Shown: positions 18,407-28,329, counted from the stretch's first letter. The stretch: 42,584 bases of DNA from a virus (IMGVR_UViG_2563366870_000004:1-42584); one strand, 5' to 3'. Numbers and translations: made by a program. Notes: a model not told the origin generated them from the letters alone.

Positions 18407-18984
18407 CAGTAACCTCCTATTTTGAATCGGGAGTCAGAATTCATAAAACCTGAGTTAGATAGCATTGGCGTCCCACCACCAGATGTACTTCCTTTAGAGA
18501 ACGGGCTCCACGTTCCGCCGCCCATCTGGTATGCACCGTATGCTTTTAGTGGTGCCGTTAACAAAGTGCTGGTCATCGATGATTTAGCAGCCGACTGAGC
18601 AGCAGCCCCCTGTGCCTGAGCATTCATTCCCTGAACCTGATACCCATATGCCTCACGCTGAGCATTATTCACTGTCGTTAACGCATCAAGAGTGCCGAAC
18701 TGAGCATTATCCGCAAAAACGTCAAGAGCTGTTCCGCTACTTAATTCCGCACCGGTAGCCCCCATAGTGGCCGCCGCAGTACCTGAGCGTTGACGCATTT
18801 CACGACGACGCTGATCCGCTTCAATATTCCCACGATTGATTGAATCCTGTGCCTGAGCTTCAGCAATTTCAGCATTCCGATCAGCTATGGCTGACTGGTA
18901 TTTTGCCTGCTTGCTCTGGCTGTACATTGACGCGGCTGTGGATGCCACTGTGACGGCAACCAAAGCGATGGCTGGGTTACACAT
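18406..18984 (-). CDS. Small internal virion protein (T7 gp14-like position)
   Basis: 192 aa, N-terminal hydrophobic segment, Ala/Gln/Gly-rich. Confidence 0.5.
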   Translation of the reverse strand: MCNPAIALVAVTVASTAASMYSQSKQAKYQSAIADRNAEIAEAQAQDSINRGNIEADQRRREMRQRSGTAAATMGATGAELSSGTALDVFADNAQFGTLDALTTVNNAQREAYGYQVQGMNAQAQGAAAQSAAKSSMTSTLLTAPLKAYGAYQMGGGTWSPFSKGSTSGGGTPMLSNSGFMNSDSRFKIGGY

Positions 18985-19448
18985 TATTTTCTCTCCATGT
19001 GAAATCTGTGGAAATTAAGACCAAGAGCACCATAAGGCGCGGCTTCTTCAAGCCTGAATCCAAGCCAGTGCAGCCATGATTTGGCAACATGGTTTCGCTC
19101 GTCGACGTAGTTTTCCAGGCGCGGATAAACTGCCAGCATCTGGTGCAATACAGGGCGGCAGTGGCGCAGAAATGTCTTCTGATATTTTTCAATATGGCTG
19201 GTACCGACCAGCCAGGGCGTACCATTGCCACCGATCATTGACGCCGGAGATACACCAAACATGGTTACCAGTTCTCCGTTCGCGAACCCTGACCAGGCCA
19301 TAGTCGCAGTGCGAAGACCAACACGCAGCGCATCTTCGGTAGTCATCAGTGATACCGCATACAGTTCGTCAATATCAGCTTGACGAACATCCGGCAAAAT
19401 CATCTGAAGATGCTCTTCGGTAGCGGGAATAATTTGAACGTCGATCAT
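18984..19448 (-). CDS. Hypothetical virion-associated protein
   Basis: 154 aa in gp13-like position between tail-tube B and core genes. Confidence 0.4.
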   Translation of the reverse strand: MIDVQIIPATEEHLQMILPDVRQADIDELYAVSLMTTEDALRVGLRTATMAWSGFANGELVTMFGVSPASMIGGNGTPWLVGTSHIEKYQKTFLRHCRPVLHQMLAVYPRLENYVDERNHVAKSWLHWLGFRLEEAAPYGALGLNFHRFHMERK

Positions 19449-21919
19449 CAGAATCCCCCAACAGTAAGGCGAGGAATAACGGCAAGAACAGACAGCGGCA
19501 ACGGGTCAAGCTGACGGATTTTTACACGTCCGTTTTTGCCCCAGTTACTGTCCAGTTTCACTTCTACTTTTCCGGTAGCATCATCAACAGGATCATCGTA
19601 GAACTCGAATTCACGCTGTGGATATTCGTACCATTTACCGCCGGGCGTAGTCGCCCAGATGCCGCGACTGGCATTCACAACCAGAGTAACGGACGGGATC
19701 ACCTGTTTTTTGTCCAGCAGCGTTTCCTGTCCGTTAATGTTGATATCCAGTGTTTCGAATTCAGCAGTTATTGGCAGGCCGATGTGCACTACAGCCCCCG
19801 GAGATTCCAGCGTGACGGCACCTCCGGAAACCACTTTCTGTGGCTCCACGTTCGCATCAGAGAGAATGTTTACGGTCTGGCCTTCAAGATGAGACAGGCC
19901 TCCAAATGTCCGGCGCGCCATCTGCCAGTTCGTGGTGGCCACATTCCTGAGGGATGGCGGGACGTTCCTGTTAGCACGAACCACTACAGCGGTATTGCTG
20001 GTTACAGAAATAATGTCGCAACGTAATTCTTTTGACACTTCATCGCCAGTATCAGGATCAGTTCCGACATAAGGGAACTGTAGTTGCGCGCCGACATCAC
20101 TACTGGTGAAGTACGCACCACCAGAAACACTGATTGTATATTCCGCGCGATAATCCCATTCGCCAGAACCACCAGTGATGGTCATCGTTCTGTCAGACGT
20201 ATTTCTTCCATCATAGCTAAGGCCAGAATCAACAAAGAAAGCATCTTCATCGCTGGTAAATAAACGGCTAGACAGTCTCTCGATGTATCTCACTGTTTGC
20301 CCGTTAACGGTTCGGTTAACGACGAAATACACCGCATCTTCATTGCCTTCGCTGATACTGCATGTGCTTTCATATTTTCCGGTACTGGACTGTGGTGCCC
20401 ATGCAAAAACCTGTTGATCACGCAAATAGGTCATCACCAGTAATTTACCGTCATCACGGATGCAGAAGGCGCTGGAGTAAGGGACTATCGAGAAGCACCA
20501 GTCAACAATGCTGTGCTTCTGAAAAAGATGATTGGCAAGGATGGTCAGGTCGTTCCCCTGATAGCCGTCAACATCGAATGAGTAGGCCAGATCACGGACA
20601 ACGCTGCCTTTCTCCTGGACAAACAGAGCAATATTCGCCACAGCAATTGGTGGGACGTTGCTTGAGCCATTTGATCCCTGAGAGCTGAATGCAAATGATG
20701 ATGGGGTTAACACTTTGTTCTGGTCGCCGGTGATGACGTACTCACCTCCGGAAGTCAGCGCCACCAGCGAACCGACATCAATCAGGTGGCGGATCTCATT
20801 AACCTGACGTCCGGCATAGGTGTAGATAATTCTGTCGTCATCCTGCGTAGGATTGCTTTTGCCAAAATCCTTATAATCCCCGGTACGGCTGGCCCAGATA
20901 GTCTGAGGGAACGCAGTCGATGCGGCGAAGTAAAGACGTTGTTGATAATAAACAACAGTGCCAGGATAACCATTAACACTGTTCCAGGCATATTTAGCCC
21001 ATTTATAGCTGGCATTATCCTCGCCAACGACCTGCGAAGGGATATAGGAAATCACCTCGGCAGTTGCAGTAGTGCCGTTTACAGCAGTGATACGGGCAAT
21101 GCCAAAACCACTGTGCAGATACTCCCACTCAATGCCAGTATCATCATCACCGGATCCGCCCCAGCCATCCCATGATGTGCCTTCTGTATGCGAAGGGCGC
21201 AAAGTGCCTGTTTTGCCTGCTGTAACGGCGCGATAGTAGTTACTGTCTGCACGGCGAATATCGCCAATCGACGTACTCTTACTGGTTTCCCATACCGGCA
21301 CTGAATCCACTGCAGGCTGTTCCAGATAGAACAATTTGCCTACCTGCTCCGCGCCAAAAATAGAGGCGCTTGCCGTTAACGTAATTGTCCCGGTGCTGGC
21401 GCTGGCATAAACCGTCACTGACTCGTCAATATTGATATCTTCAAATGGCCCGTTCTTCGTTACCACATCAACCAGTTGCCAGTTGTCATGCGCATAGCGG
21501 CGCAACTCTTTCGGCGGGTATGCCGGGTGAACCAGCGTAAGCACGTCGGCGCTTTGCGTAAATTTAATTCGGAACAGATCGGCTTCAGTATATGGCGTGG
21601 CAATTTCATAAATAACATTGCTGCTGTTCAGCACCAACGCACCATCTTTGATAACGCGCATGTACTGGTGTCCGAACTCCAGAGCATAGGTCTGAACAGT
21701 CGAGAACTGGAACGGGATCAGGCGGCATTTCCGATTTGGGTATTTGGCGGCACCGACAAAACGCGTACCAGGTCGATTCTCAACGCCGCCATACTGCCGC
21801 ACGATAAAGTTATCGCACTTGCGCAATGCCACCTGGTACTTCGCCATGTCGATACGACCGTACAACGACGGTCCAATCTCACCACCGGCAAAGCTGGGCT
21901 GGATCCAACTGATAGCCAT
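19448..21919 (-). CDS. Tail tubular protein B-like (nozzle)
   Basis: 823 aa directly downstream of the gp11-like gene; size and synteny match T7 gp12. Confidence 0.6.
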   Translation of the reverse strand: MAISWIQPSFAGGEIGPSLYGRIDMAKYQVALRKCDNFIVRQYGGVENRPGTRFVGAAKYPNRKCRLIPFQFSTVQTYALEFGHQYMRVIKDGALVLNSSNVIYEIATPYTEADLFRIKFTQSADVLTLVHPAYPPKELRRYAHDNWQLVDVVTKNGPFEDINIDESVTVYASASTGTITLTASASIFGAEQVGKLFYLEQPAVDSVPVWETSKSTSIGDIRRADSNYYRAVTAGKTGTLRPSHTEGTSWDGWGGSGDDDTGIEWEYLHSGFGIARITAVNGTTATAEVISYIPSQVVGEDNASYKWAKYAWNSVNGYPGTVVYYQQRLYFAASTAFPQTIWASRTGDYKDFGKSNPTQDDDRIIYTYAGRQVNEIRHLIDVGSLVALTSGGEYVITGDQNKVLTPSSFAFSSQGSNGSSNVPPIAVANIALFVQEKGSVVRDLAYSFDVDGYQGNDLTILANHLFQKHSIVDWCFSIVPYSSAFCIRDDGKLLVMTYLRDQQVFAWAPQSSTGKYESTCSISEGNEDAVYFVVNRTVNGQTVRYIERLSSRLFTSDEDAFFVDSGLSYDGRNTSDRTMTITGGSGEWDYRAEYTISVSGGAYFTSSDVGAQLQFPYVGTDPDTGDEVSKELRCDIISVTSNTAVVVRANRNVPPSLRNVATTNWQMARRTFGGLSHLEGQTVNILSDANVEPQKVVSGGAVTLESPGAVVHIGLPITAEFETLDININGQETLLDKKQVIPSVTLVVNASRGIWATTPGGKWYEYPQREFEFYDDPVDDATGKVEVKLDSNWGKNGRVKIRQLDPLPLSVLAVIPRLTVGGF

Positions 21920-22524
21920 CAGGACAACCTCGCAATGGTAAACTCGTCAACCGGTGGCTGTGGTTCCTGTGATTCATTCTGGCTATGCGAGCCAGCACTA
22001 AGAATCACGCGATTGTACATATTGAGGGCAAACGTACCGAGGTCTGCATTCCCAGTCAGCGCCATGTTAATAGCTGCCGCAAGACGCCAGGCCAACGCCT
22101 CCATAAAAATGGCATCAAACATGTTCACATCTGAAACGCGAGATACATACTTGAGCCATGCCTGCGGCTGGTCTGTGTAGATCAACTTTCCTGTTCCGTT
22201 GGTGTCTGCACCAACTTCGTACTGAACGCGCATTGCTGCTGTTGGATTGCGTACACCAGGAAGCATAATTTCAGTAATGCGCAGACAATCGGACGGGTAC
22301 TGGTACGCATATTCCCAGTCAGGCGGTGGATTGCTCGTATCTGCAAGCGCCACGCGTTTGGTAGCAAAGTTCCAGTCAAAATCAGAAAGCACAGCATCAC
22401 GGCAGGCCTCAAAGTGCAGCGAACATTCCCCCGCTTCCTTGCTGGCTTCCGTCAGGCTGTTAATGCTGCGGCTGTTGCCAATATTGGACAGCGCACGATT
22501 GCAGATCTCTACTACAGAGGCCAT
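21919..22524 (-). CDS. Tail tubular protein A-like (adaptor)
   Basis: 201 aa; N-terminal NRALSNIGNSRSINSLTE resembles the T7 gp11 N-terminal pattern. Confidence 0.5.
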   Translation of the reverse strand: MASVVEICNRALSNIGNSRSINSLTEASKEAGECSLHFEACRDAVLSDFDWNFATKRVALADTSNPPPDWEYAYQYPSDCLRITEIMLPGVRNPTAAMRVQYEVGADTNGTGKLIYTDQPQAWLKYVSRVSDVNMFDAIFMEALAWRLAAAINMALTGNADLGTFALNMYNRVILSAGSHSQNESQEPQPPVDEFTIARLS

Positions 22525-22853
22525 TACTCACCCCCATTGCCGTACAGAGTTTCAGCCGCTGATTTTTCTACATCACCGGAAACAGGAGCGATTGCCATAT
22601 CAGTGATCTGCAGATCGGCGCTGCGATTAACACCATCGTCAGTTTCTCTGGCAGACAGGCCTCGAATAACAGCCTTTGCAGTTATCATCACTTCTGTTCC
22701 GACGCCCTGAGGTTGCGCCTTCAGCTTATTCAATGTGTCGTTATTAAGAGTGATGCACAGCCCCCACGGGTATTCATCGCGAGTTCTGGTTTCTCCGCTC
22801 TCATCCTGGTAGCTGTCAGTGCCGGTTTTGAGGTTTACGAGTTCCATATACAC
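22524..22853 (-). CDS. Hypothetical head/tail structural protein
   Basis: ORF in the structural operon, translationally coupled. Confidence 0.4.
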   Translation of the reverse strand: MYMELVNLKTGTDSYQDESGETRTRDEYPWGLCITLNNDTLNKLKAQPQGVGTEVMITAKAVIRGLSARETDDGVNRSADLQITDMAIAPVSGDVEKSAAETLYGNGGE

Positions 22854-22897
22854 TCCTGCAATAAAGGGGCCGAAGCCCCTTGTCTGATCCGCGAGGC

Positions 22898-23242
22898 TTA
22901 CACGCCCAGTTCTTTACGCTTATCTGCGATCTTCTCGCGGAGCGTTTCGGCTTTGGCGTTATGGTGTGGCTTCTCGTTAAAGAGCAATTCGTACTCTTCA
23001 CGGAGCTTATCCAGTTCACCATCATCTGACACATCGTTGATGATTTTGGTGCTGGTTGCTGCCATTGACACTTTTCCTGCAACTTTTGCTTTTGCCTGTC
23101 TGGCTGCATCGTTAACAGGTTCCAGTGCGCTACCAGGCTCACCTTCGTATTCGATTTCTGCCCCCTCCGGCCACAGAGTGTTATGGATATGAGAGAGGCG
23201 CAGAACGCGGTATCTTGGTTTCTCACCTGACATCGATATCAC
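22898..23242 (-). CDS. Hypothetical structural-module protein
   Basis: ORF in the structural operon. Confidence 0.4.
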   Translation of the reverse strand: MISMSGEKPRYRVLRLSHIHNTLWPEGAEIEYEGEPGSALEPVNDAARQAKAKVAGKVSMAATSTKIINDVSDDGELDKLREEYELLFNEKPHHNAKAETLREKIADKRKELGV

Positions 23243-23243
23243 C

Positions 23244-23681
23244 TTAACCAGTTACTTTTGAGCGGATCGGATACGGCGTATTGGCATCAACATCAAGACT
23301 GATACCAGCAGTGAATTCGCCAGCCGTTAGTGGGCCAGTTGCGACGGAGTAGTTAACACGCAGATATCGCTGAACACCGGCAGGCACCTTTGCAGAAACA
23401 ACTCGTTTACCTGCTGTCAGGGTGGTCTTTGCCAGTGCACCACTATCATAAATAGTGGTCCATGAGCTGTTATCCTCACTCGTCTGCAACTGGATGTTTA
23501 CAGTTGCATCACCGCTTGCTGCGGCAGCTGTGTTAACCAGCGCCCAAAACTCAAGCGGGTAACCCACGCCGATATCACGACGTTTTCCGTCAATTGGACC
23601 GAGATCGATTACGTCAGTAGAAGCCGCGGTATCAGTTACCGCCTGTGCTTCGGAGAACATCAACAGTTTGTCGGTGATCAT
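23244..23681 (-). CDS. Hypothetical capsid-associated protein (possible decoration protein)
   Basis: 145 aa immediately after the major capsid gene. Confidence 0.4.
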   Translation of the reverse strand: MITDKLLMFSEAQAVTDTAASTDVIDLGPIDGKRRDIGVGYPLEFWALVNTAAAASGDATVNIQLQTSEDNSSWTTIYDSGALAKTTLTAGKRVVSAKVPAGVQRYLRVNYSVATGPLTAGEFTAGISLDVDANTPYPIRSKVTG

Positions 23682-23732
23682 CTTCTTTCTCCATTAGTGG
23701 GTCTGTTACGACCCACAGGTTAATAACAGGCG

Positions 23733-24725
23733 TTACACCACGCGGGCTTCTGTTTCCAGAAGCGCATCAGTTTCACGGATTGGTACACCACGGAATGAAG
23801 TCCACCACTCGCCTTCAGTCTCTTTTACGCTGATAGCCAGAGATGTTTTCTCCAGAGACTGCAGATCAAGAGCCTGGCCTACAGTGCGGTTCATGTAGAA
23901 CACCGGGCGGCCCATGCCACGGTTTGGAATGCGATGCAGTGCTTTAACCATCAACTTCGCAATATTTGCGGCAGAGGAAGGTTCTGAAAGATTGCTGACA
24001 TCGATGTTTGCAATGCGAACAACATAACGCCAGTCACGCAGAGCAAGTCCGTTATCCCATTTGTAATGGGTGCGATAGCCTTCGTACTTGCCGCCATTAG
24101 CATCTTCCAGTGTCACCTGGCCTTTATCTTCCATCTGGATGCCAGCCTTCTGCCCTTTCGGGAAGATGCCATGCACGGTGTTTTCGCCCCACACCACTAA
24201 CCAGATTGAGGTGTTATCTGTACCCGTGCCACCAGCATCAATGATGTTCTGAGCATTACCCGCAGACAGGCTGGAATAGCGGGAGGACAGTCCCATAAAC
24301 TGCTGAGGGTTAACGCTGGAATCACCATAAAACAGCGTCTGCGCCATCTGCTGATTCATCGCTTCAATAAATGCGCGGTCTTCAGACAGGCGGAATTCGG
24401 CGGTATTACCGTTCAGATCAGCCAGTGACTTATCGACTTCAGCATAGGTTTCCAGCATGCCAACGGAGTCGGTGACCTGCACTGTGGTTGATTTGCTTGG
24501 CTGTACGCCATAGTTCAGCAAACGCCAGGTAGCTGAAGGTAAACCAGAACGAATGGTGGTTCGGTGTCCGGTAGGAAGGTTCCCTTCGACAAAAGGCATA
24601 TCCTGAAGGATCGGGTTAGTTTGACCGAGAAGCTCGATAATCTTATCGACTTTCCCGTTTGGATCGACGCGCTTACCCCAGTCAGCCAGCGTTAGCGCAG
24701 TTAAGCCTTTAACAGCCATTGTCAT
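23733..24725 (-). CDS. Major capsid protein
   Basis: 330 aa, follows the acidic scaffold gene, downstream of portal. Confidence 0.7.
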   Translation of the reverse strand: MTMAVKGLTALTLADWGKRVDPNGKVDKIIELLGQTNPILQDMPFVEGNLPTGHRTTIRSGLPSATWRLLNYGVQPSKSTTVQVTDSVGMLETYAEVDKSLADLNGNTAEFRLSEDRAFIEAMNQQMAQTLFYGDSSVNPQQFMGLSSRYSSLSAGNAQNIIDAGGTGTDNTSIWLVVWGENTVHGIFPKGQKAGIQMEDKGQVTLEDANGGKYEGYRTHYKWDNGLALRDWRYVVRIANIDVSNLSEPSSAANIAKLMVKALHRIPNRGMGRPVFYMNRTVGQALDLQSLEKTSLAISVKETEGEWWTSFRGVPIRETDALLETEARVV

Positions 24726-24733
24726 TTCCTCTC

Positions 24734-25447
24734 TTATTTGCCATAGAGCACTTCGGCCGCACTACGCTGGCCTTCATTACCACCGGTGACCATGCCATCT
24801 TCAGACATCGCCTTTCCGATTTTCACGAACGTTTTGACCAGATCAGGGTGATTACCCAGCCCGGTGGTGTTCAGATATTCTTTGAGTTCAGGTGTCCCGA
24901 ACTGGTCAAGCGCACGCTGTGCGGCGCTAAGGTTAGAAATCAACTTGTCGCCACCGATTTCTTTGTCAGCTTTTACATCCGCAGCCCACTGCTCGGTTGT
25001 TTTCTGCCAGGCTTCTGCCTGGCGCTGCTGAACACCTGCCAGAATCTTCGGATAAGCATCAACCAGCTTTTGCGCTTGCTCGTTGGTCAGGTTAAGTTCT
25101 CGCGCCACCGGCTCGAATTCCTTCAACGCTTCTGTATCCAGCTCTACGCCTTCGGCAGCCTGAAACTCGTACTTCTCAGGCGCACCCTCTGGCTTCTTAT
25201 CCTTTTCTGCTTCTTCGGTATTGGCTTTTTCAGCAGCAAGCTCTCCCTCAGTTTTCTGAGCTTCAGAACCTTTCTCAGAGTCAGTCCCCTGGGAGTTATC
25301 CTGCGACTGGGTTTGCTCCTGCATTTCACCCGAGCCCTGAGTGGTTTCAGTTGCTCCCGTTGAAGCTGTATCTGCCTGGCCACCTTCAGTGGATTGCTCA
25401 TTGCAAAGACGGCGATACAGCAAACGCTCAAATAAATTCATGATCAC
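24734..25447 (-). CDS. Scaffolding protein
   Basis: 237 aa acidic, helical low-complexity protein between portal and capsid genes. Confidence 0.55.
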   Translation of the reverse strand: MIMNLFERLLYRRLCNEQSTEGGQADTASTGATETTQGSGEMQEQTQSQDNSQGTDSEKGSEAQKTEGELAAEKANTEEAEKDKKPEGAPEKYEFQAAEGVELDTEALKEFEPVARELNLTNEQAQKLVDAYPKILAGVQQRQAEAWQKTTEQWAADVKADKEIGGDKLISNLSAAQRALDQFGTPELKEYLNTTGLGNHPDLVKTFVKIGKAMSEDGMVTGGNEGQRSAAEVLYGK

Positions 25448-25740
25448 TCCTGTTCACTGGCCTCTTTGGCCATCTTCAAATACTGTTCAGGGCAATGCGC
25501 CATAACGCGCTGAAACAGCTCCAGCGCCAGATTGCGTTGCCCCTCATAAAATGCCATTGCCATAGCGTCCATCGGAGAGATAGCGGAAAACACCCGGCCT
25601 TTCTCCAGCACAGACCAGACAACGCGACGCCCCTGTTCACTGCTCATGACAAAGCGAATGTCATCAATTTCACGCTGCGCCATGTCACGTTGCTTACGGG
25701 CGTTTTCTTCTTTCAGTTGATCGTCTTCGTAATCTGTCAT
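25444..25740 (-). CDS. Hypothetical head morphogenesis protein
   Basis: 98 aa, overlaps portal stop and scaffold start by 4 nt each. Confidence 0.45.
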   Translation of the reverse strand: MTDYEDDQLKEENARKQRDMAQREIDDIRFVMSSEQGRRVVWSVLEKGRVFSAISPMDAMAMAFYEGQRNLALELFQRVMAHCPEQYLKMAKEASEQE

Positions 25741-27416
25741 TGTGATTGCCCACCCTGACCACTAACTGCATTCGCCATAGCTGACAAAACACTCGGATCC
25801 GAAGTTTTAGCTTCGCTTAGCGTCTTGGCACCCTGTGCCGCCGCCATCCCCATCTCCATCATTTGTTGCTGCTGTTGTTGCTGTGCCCGTTGCTGGCGAG
25901 CCTGCTCAACCTGTTCCTGCGGAACAATGACGGTTGGAGACACTCCGGACATATCAGCGAATGCATCGATCGCCTGATCAACGTTGAGTTTGTCGAGAGC
26001 TTCTGGTTTCGCTTGCGCAAGTTGACCAATGAAGTTGACCGTAGACGCCAGACTGGACAGGCCGATAGACTTCTGCGCCTGAGCCATGACGGAAATGTAT
26101 TCGACCTTCAGGGGCATACCTTCCATCGCGTCAGGCGGTGGCGGCAGCATGTTTTTACGCACCATCATCGAGAAAGCGCGGTCAATGAGAGGATTAAGAC
26201 ATTCGTCGTTCAGACGCTCCAGAACCGGCCCCAACATCAGAAGTTTTTCTTCTTTCATTTCGATCACCGCTTCAACAGGCATCGAGCGGGTATTGATGTT
26301 CTGCAACATCATGAACAGATCGACAAAGTAGGCGCTGTTAATGATTTGACGAGTGTCCTGAATGTCTGCCACCAAATCTGCTGTACTGGGGTTAACCAGA
26401 TAAGCAGGCCTGAAACCATCATGACCAGTAATCTGATCGATATACGTGATGTCGCCAGGAAGAAGGGAGGCGCGCTGATTCTTGAGGGAAGTCGGAGCAA
26501 CCATCGGCGGATTGGTGGCTTTATCAATCAACTGCGACTTGCGCTTCTGGAGAAGCTGCAATGCCTTAACAGGTCCAAGCGCCAGCATACCCGGGCATGA
26601 TGATCCATAAACATCTTCGCCGTTAACTTCCCAGCGCGGAGCCATAATTGGAAACTCATCGAATCCGGACTCACGCAACAACTTGTCGTTATCGCCACCA
26701 ACCTCGTAATAAACCGATTTGAATGGCTTGTTCTTGCTATCCAGCTTCGATGTATCGCGGTCAATGTTCGGGTAAACCGAATGCATCACTTCAATCCACT
26801 TCTCGTAGGTGCCGCTTTCCCACATGCTTTTTACGGATTCGCTGACGTTATTTAGCCCGAACTCCTGAACAAGCTGACGAACAGTCATAGAGAACTTGCG
26901 AAAACAGGTGTCCACACTGCCACGAGGTGAGTTAGCCAGGTAGTAACTTCCTATCGGGAATGGCATTGTGCGAATGATGTCCTCGTCATCCTCCAGCACT
27001 GCCATTGCACCAGTGCTGTATGTGCCGAGGCTTCCGTATAACTGCGGCAGCGACTGATAGAGATTCGACTTATTGAACATATCGTTCATGCGGTTCTGCA
27101 CCGCCTCAAGCCACAACTTAACAGGGCCATAATCCATCATTTCAGGATCTGGCGTAGCCAGGCGAAACCACGGACGCGCGGGGCTTGTGATGCCTGACAT
27201 CATGCCGCTGGCGAGAGTGCGCGCCGCCATAGTCCCGGTCGAATCAATAATGCGTGTATTGCGTCGATCGTTACGGTTGACCTCAGAAGTCAGAAAGCGG
27301 GAACCACGCGGGTTGATGTAATCACTCAACTCGCGCCAGTGCGGCTCGAACGACTGACGCTCGCTTTCAAGTTGTGCGAACTGTTTGTTCAATCGCTCTT
27401 TAGTTGTTTCCGCCAT
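25737..27416 (-). CDS. Portal protein
   Basis: 559 aa, downstream of terminase; size and position typical of podovirus portal. Confidence 0.8.
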   Translation of the reverse strand: MAETTKERLNKQFAQLESERQSFEPHWRELSDYINPRGSRFLTSEVNRNDRRNTRIIDSTGTMAARTLASGMMSGITSPARPWFRLATPDPEMMDYGPVKLWLEAVQNRMNDMFNKSNLYQSLPQLYGSLGTYSTGAMAVLEDDEDIIRTMPFPIGSYYLANSPRGSVDTCFRKFSMTVRQLVQEFGLNNVSESVKSMWESGTYEKWIEVMHSVYPNIDRDTSKLDSKNKPFKSVYYEVGGDNDKLLRESGFDEFPIMAPRWEVNGEDVYGSSCPGMLALGPVKALQLLQKRKSQLIDKATNPPMVAPTSLKNQRASLLPGDITYIDQITGHDGFRPAYLVNPSTADLVADIQDTRQIINSAYFVDLFMMLQNINTRSMPVEAVIEMKEEKLLMLGPVLERLNDECLNPLIDRAFSMMVRKNMLPPPPDAMEGMPLKVEYISVMAQAQKSIGLSSLASTVNFIGQLAQAKPEALDKLNVDQAIDAFADMSGVSPTVIVPQEQVEQARQQRAQQQQQQQMMEMGMAAAQGAKTLSEAKTSDPSVLSAMANAVSGQGGQSQ

Positions 27417-27430
27417 TTCAATGACTCCGG

Positions 27431-27637
27431 TTACTGACCAAGCAGCGTTTTACCGCTGGTATTAGCGGTTGATGTGTCGCCCTGAGAACCGGTAAGCAGC
27501 GTAGAACTACGACCAGCAGCAGCGCGACGGCGACGAGTTTCTTCGTCGCGGGCATCAACAACGGCGGCATCCTGCTCCTGTGGTGCTGCCTGAACTTCTG
27601 GTGTTGCAGGCACTGATGGTGAGCTACCCATGCACAT
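27431..27637 (-). CDS. Small hydrophilic protein upstream of portal
   Basis: 68 aa; ribosome-binding context GGAGTCATTGA-N2-ATG is nearly identical to that of the portal gene. Confidence 0.35.
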   Translation of the reverse strand: MCMGSSPSVPATPEVQAAPQEQDAAVVDARDEETRRRRAAAGRSSTLLTGSQGDTSTANTSGKTLLGQ

Positions 27638-27664
27638 ATCAATGACTCCGTACGCAATTAAATT

Positions 27665-27687
27665 ATTACCAATTTAACCACATATGA
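27665..27687. promoter_or_regulatory. Conserved box ATTACCAATTTAACCACATATGA
   Basis: Second copy of the AAAACCACATATG-type box; 63 bp upstream of the palindrome at 27727. Confidence 0.4.
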
Positions 27688-27726
27688 TTTATTTATCGTA
27701 GACAGTTGACATTTAACGCACGAATT

Positions 27727-27743
27727 ATTACCTTTCAGGTAAC
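27727..27743. promoter_or_regulatory. Operator-like palindrome ATTACCT-TTC-AGGTAAC (1 mismatch)
   Basis: Intergenic, between the portal-upstream region and the tRNA; TTGACA hexamer 15 bp upstream. Confidence 0.55.
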
Positions 27744-28064
27744 CAAAGAGTTCATTCCGGTTACTAACCTGACTGGCTTGTCGTTAAATTGAACAGGTGG
27801 AGTGAGCTTTTATTTTGAGCAGTACGGCGTATGGCACATGCGCCGATAGCGGTCTGGATACGTTTAAGGGGCACCCTCCCTTGCTCGGGCAAACGAACCA
27901 GGTAGCCGGAATGTGCAAGTCGAGCGGTTTTATTCCGCGCACGGGGATTCACCATCCAGGCGATTCGGTGTGACACCTCGGAAGAGACGAGGGTACAACG
28001 ATGAGAGCATTTATGGAGCCGCGACAAAGTGTGGCGCCTTAACAGGCTAAGTGCTCTCAGCGTT

Positions 28065-28141
28065 GTGGCATTAGCTCAGCTGGACAGAGCAACCGCCTTC
28101 TAAGCGGTTGGTCGCAGGTTCGAATCCTGCATGCCACGCCA
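28065..28141 (+). tRNA. tRNA-Arg (anticodon UCU), phage-encoded
   Basis: Cloverleaf by hand: acceptor GTGGCAT/ATGCCAC, D-stem GCTC/GAGC, anticodon stem ACCGC/GCGGT with loop CTTCTAA, T-arm GCAGG-TTCGAAT-CCTGC, discriminator G, CCA. Confidence 0.85.
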
Positions 28142-28185
28142 GAATCACGCCTAAGGACCGTGATGCCAGAAGTTCCAGGGGGCTT

Positions 28186-28229
28186 GGCGGTGATGGTTTC
28201 CCTTGAAGGACTATCACCGCCCTTTTTAC
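28186..28229 (+). terminator. Hairpin plus T-run downstream of tRNA
   Basis: GGCGGTGAT...ATCACCGCC stem followed by CTTTTTAC. Confidence 0.45.
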
Positions 28230-28305
28230 AGCAGGACGCCATTGCGATGACTTCATGCTGTAAACCAGTACAGCCACGGAAGGCATAACTCATTGCTTCC
28301 AGTTC

Positions 28306-28329
28306 GCCCGGTTCGCCGGGCATTTTTTT
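28306..28329 (+). terminator. Hairpin plus T-run immediately before the accessory gene at 28341
   Basis: GCCCGG-TTCG-CCGGGC then ATTTTTTTA; could act as terminator or attenuator. Confidence 0.5.

Noticed and set aside
12296-27416. Numerous 60-130-aa ORFs nested in or antisense to large virion genes (e.g. 16337-16620, 19659-20026, 25863-26600, 24719-25363)
   Set aside because: All lie inside long, well-supported structural genes on the same or opposite strand, with no independent start signals; expected shadow ORFs in GC-rich coding DNA.
27418-27657. 79-aa minus-strand ORF in an alternative frame upstream of portal
   Set aside because: Overlaps the 68-aa ORF 27431-27637, which has a clear GGAG ribosome-binding site; the 79-aa product is Leu/Val/Arg-rich, typical of an off-frame translation.
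27744-28064. Second tRNA gene upstream of tRNA-Arg
   Set aside because: No cloverleaf could be built by hand (no T-loop GTTCNANNC with matching acceptor stem); the region is kept only as possible structured non-coding RNA.
27764-28323. Minus-strand ORFs (87 and 88 aa) overlapping the tRNA region
   Set aside because: They overlap the tRNA-Arg gene and its hairpins on the opposite strand and have no ribosome-binding site; treated as spurious.
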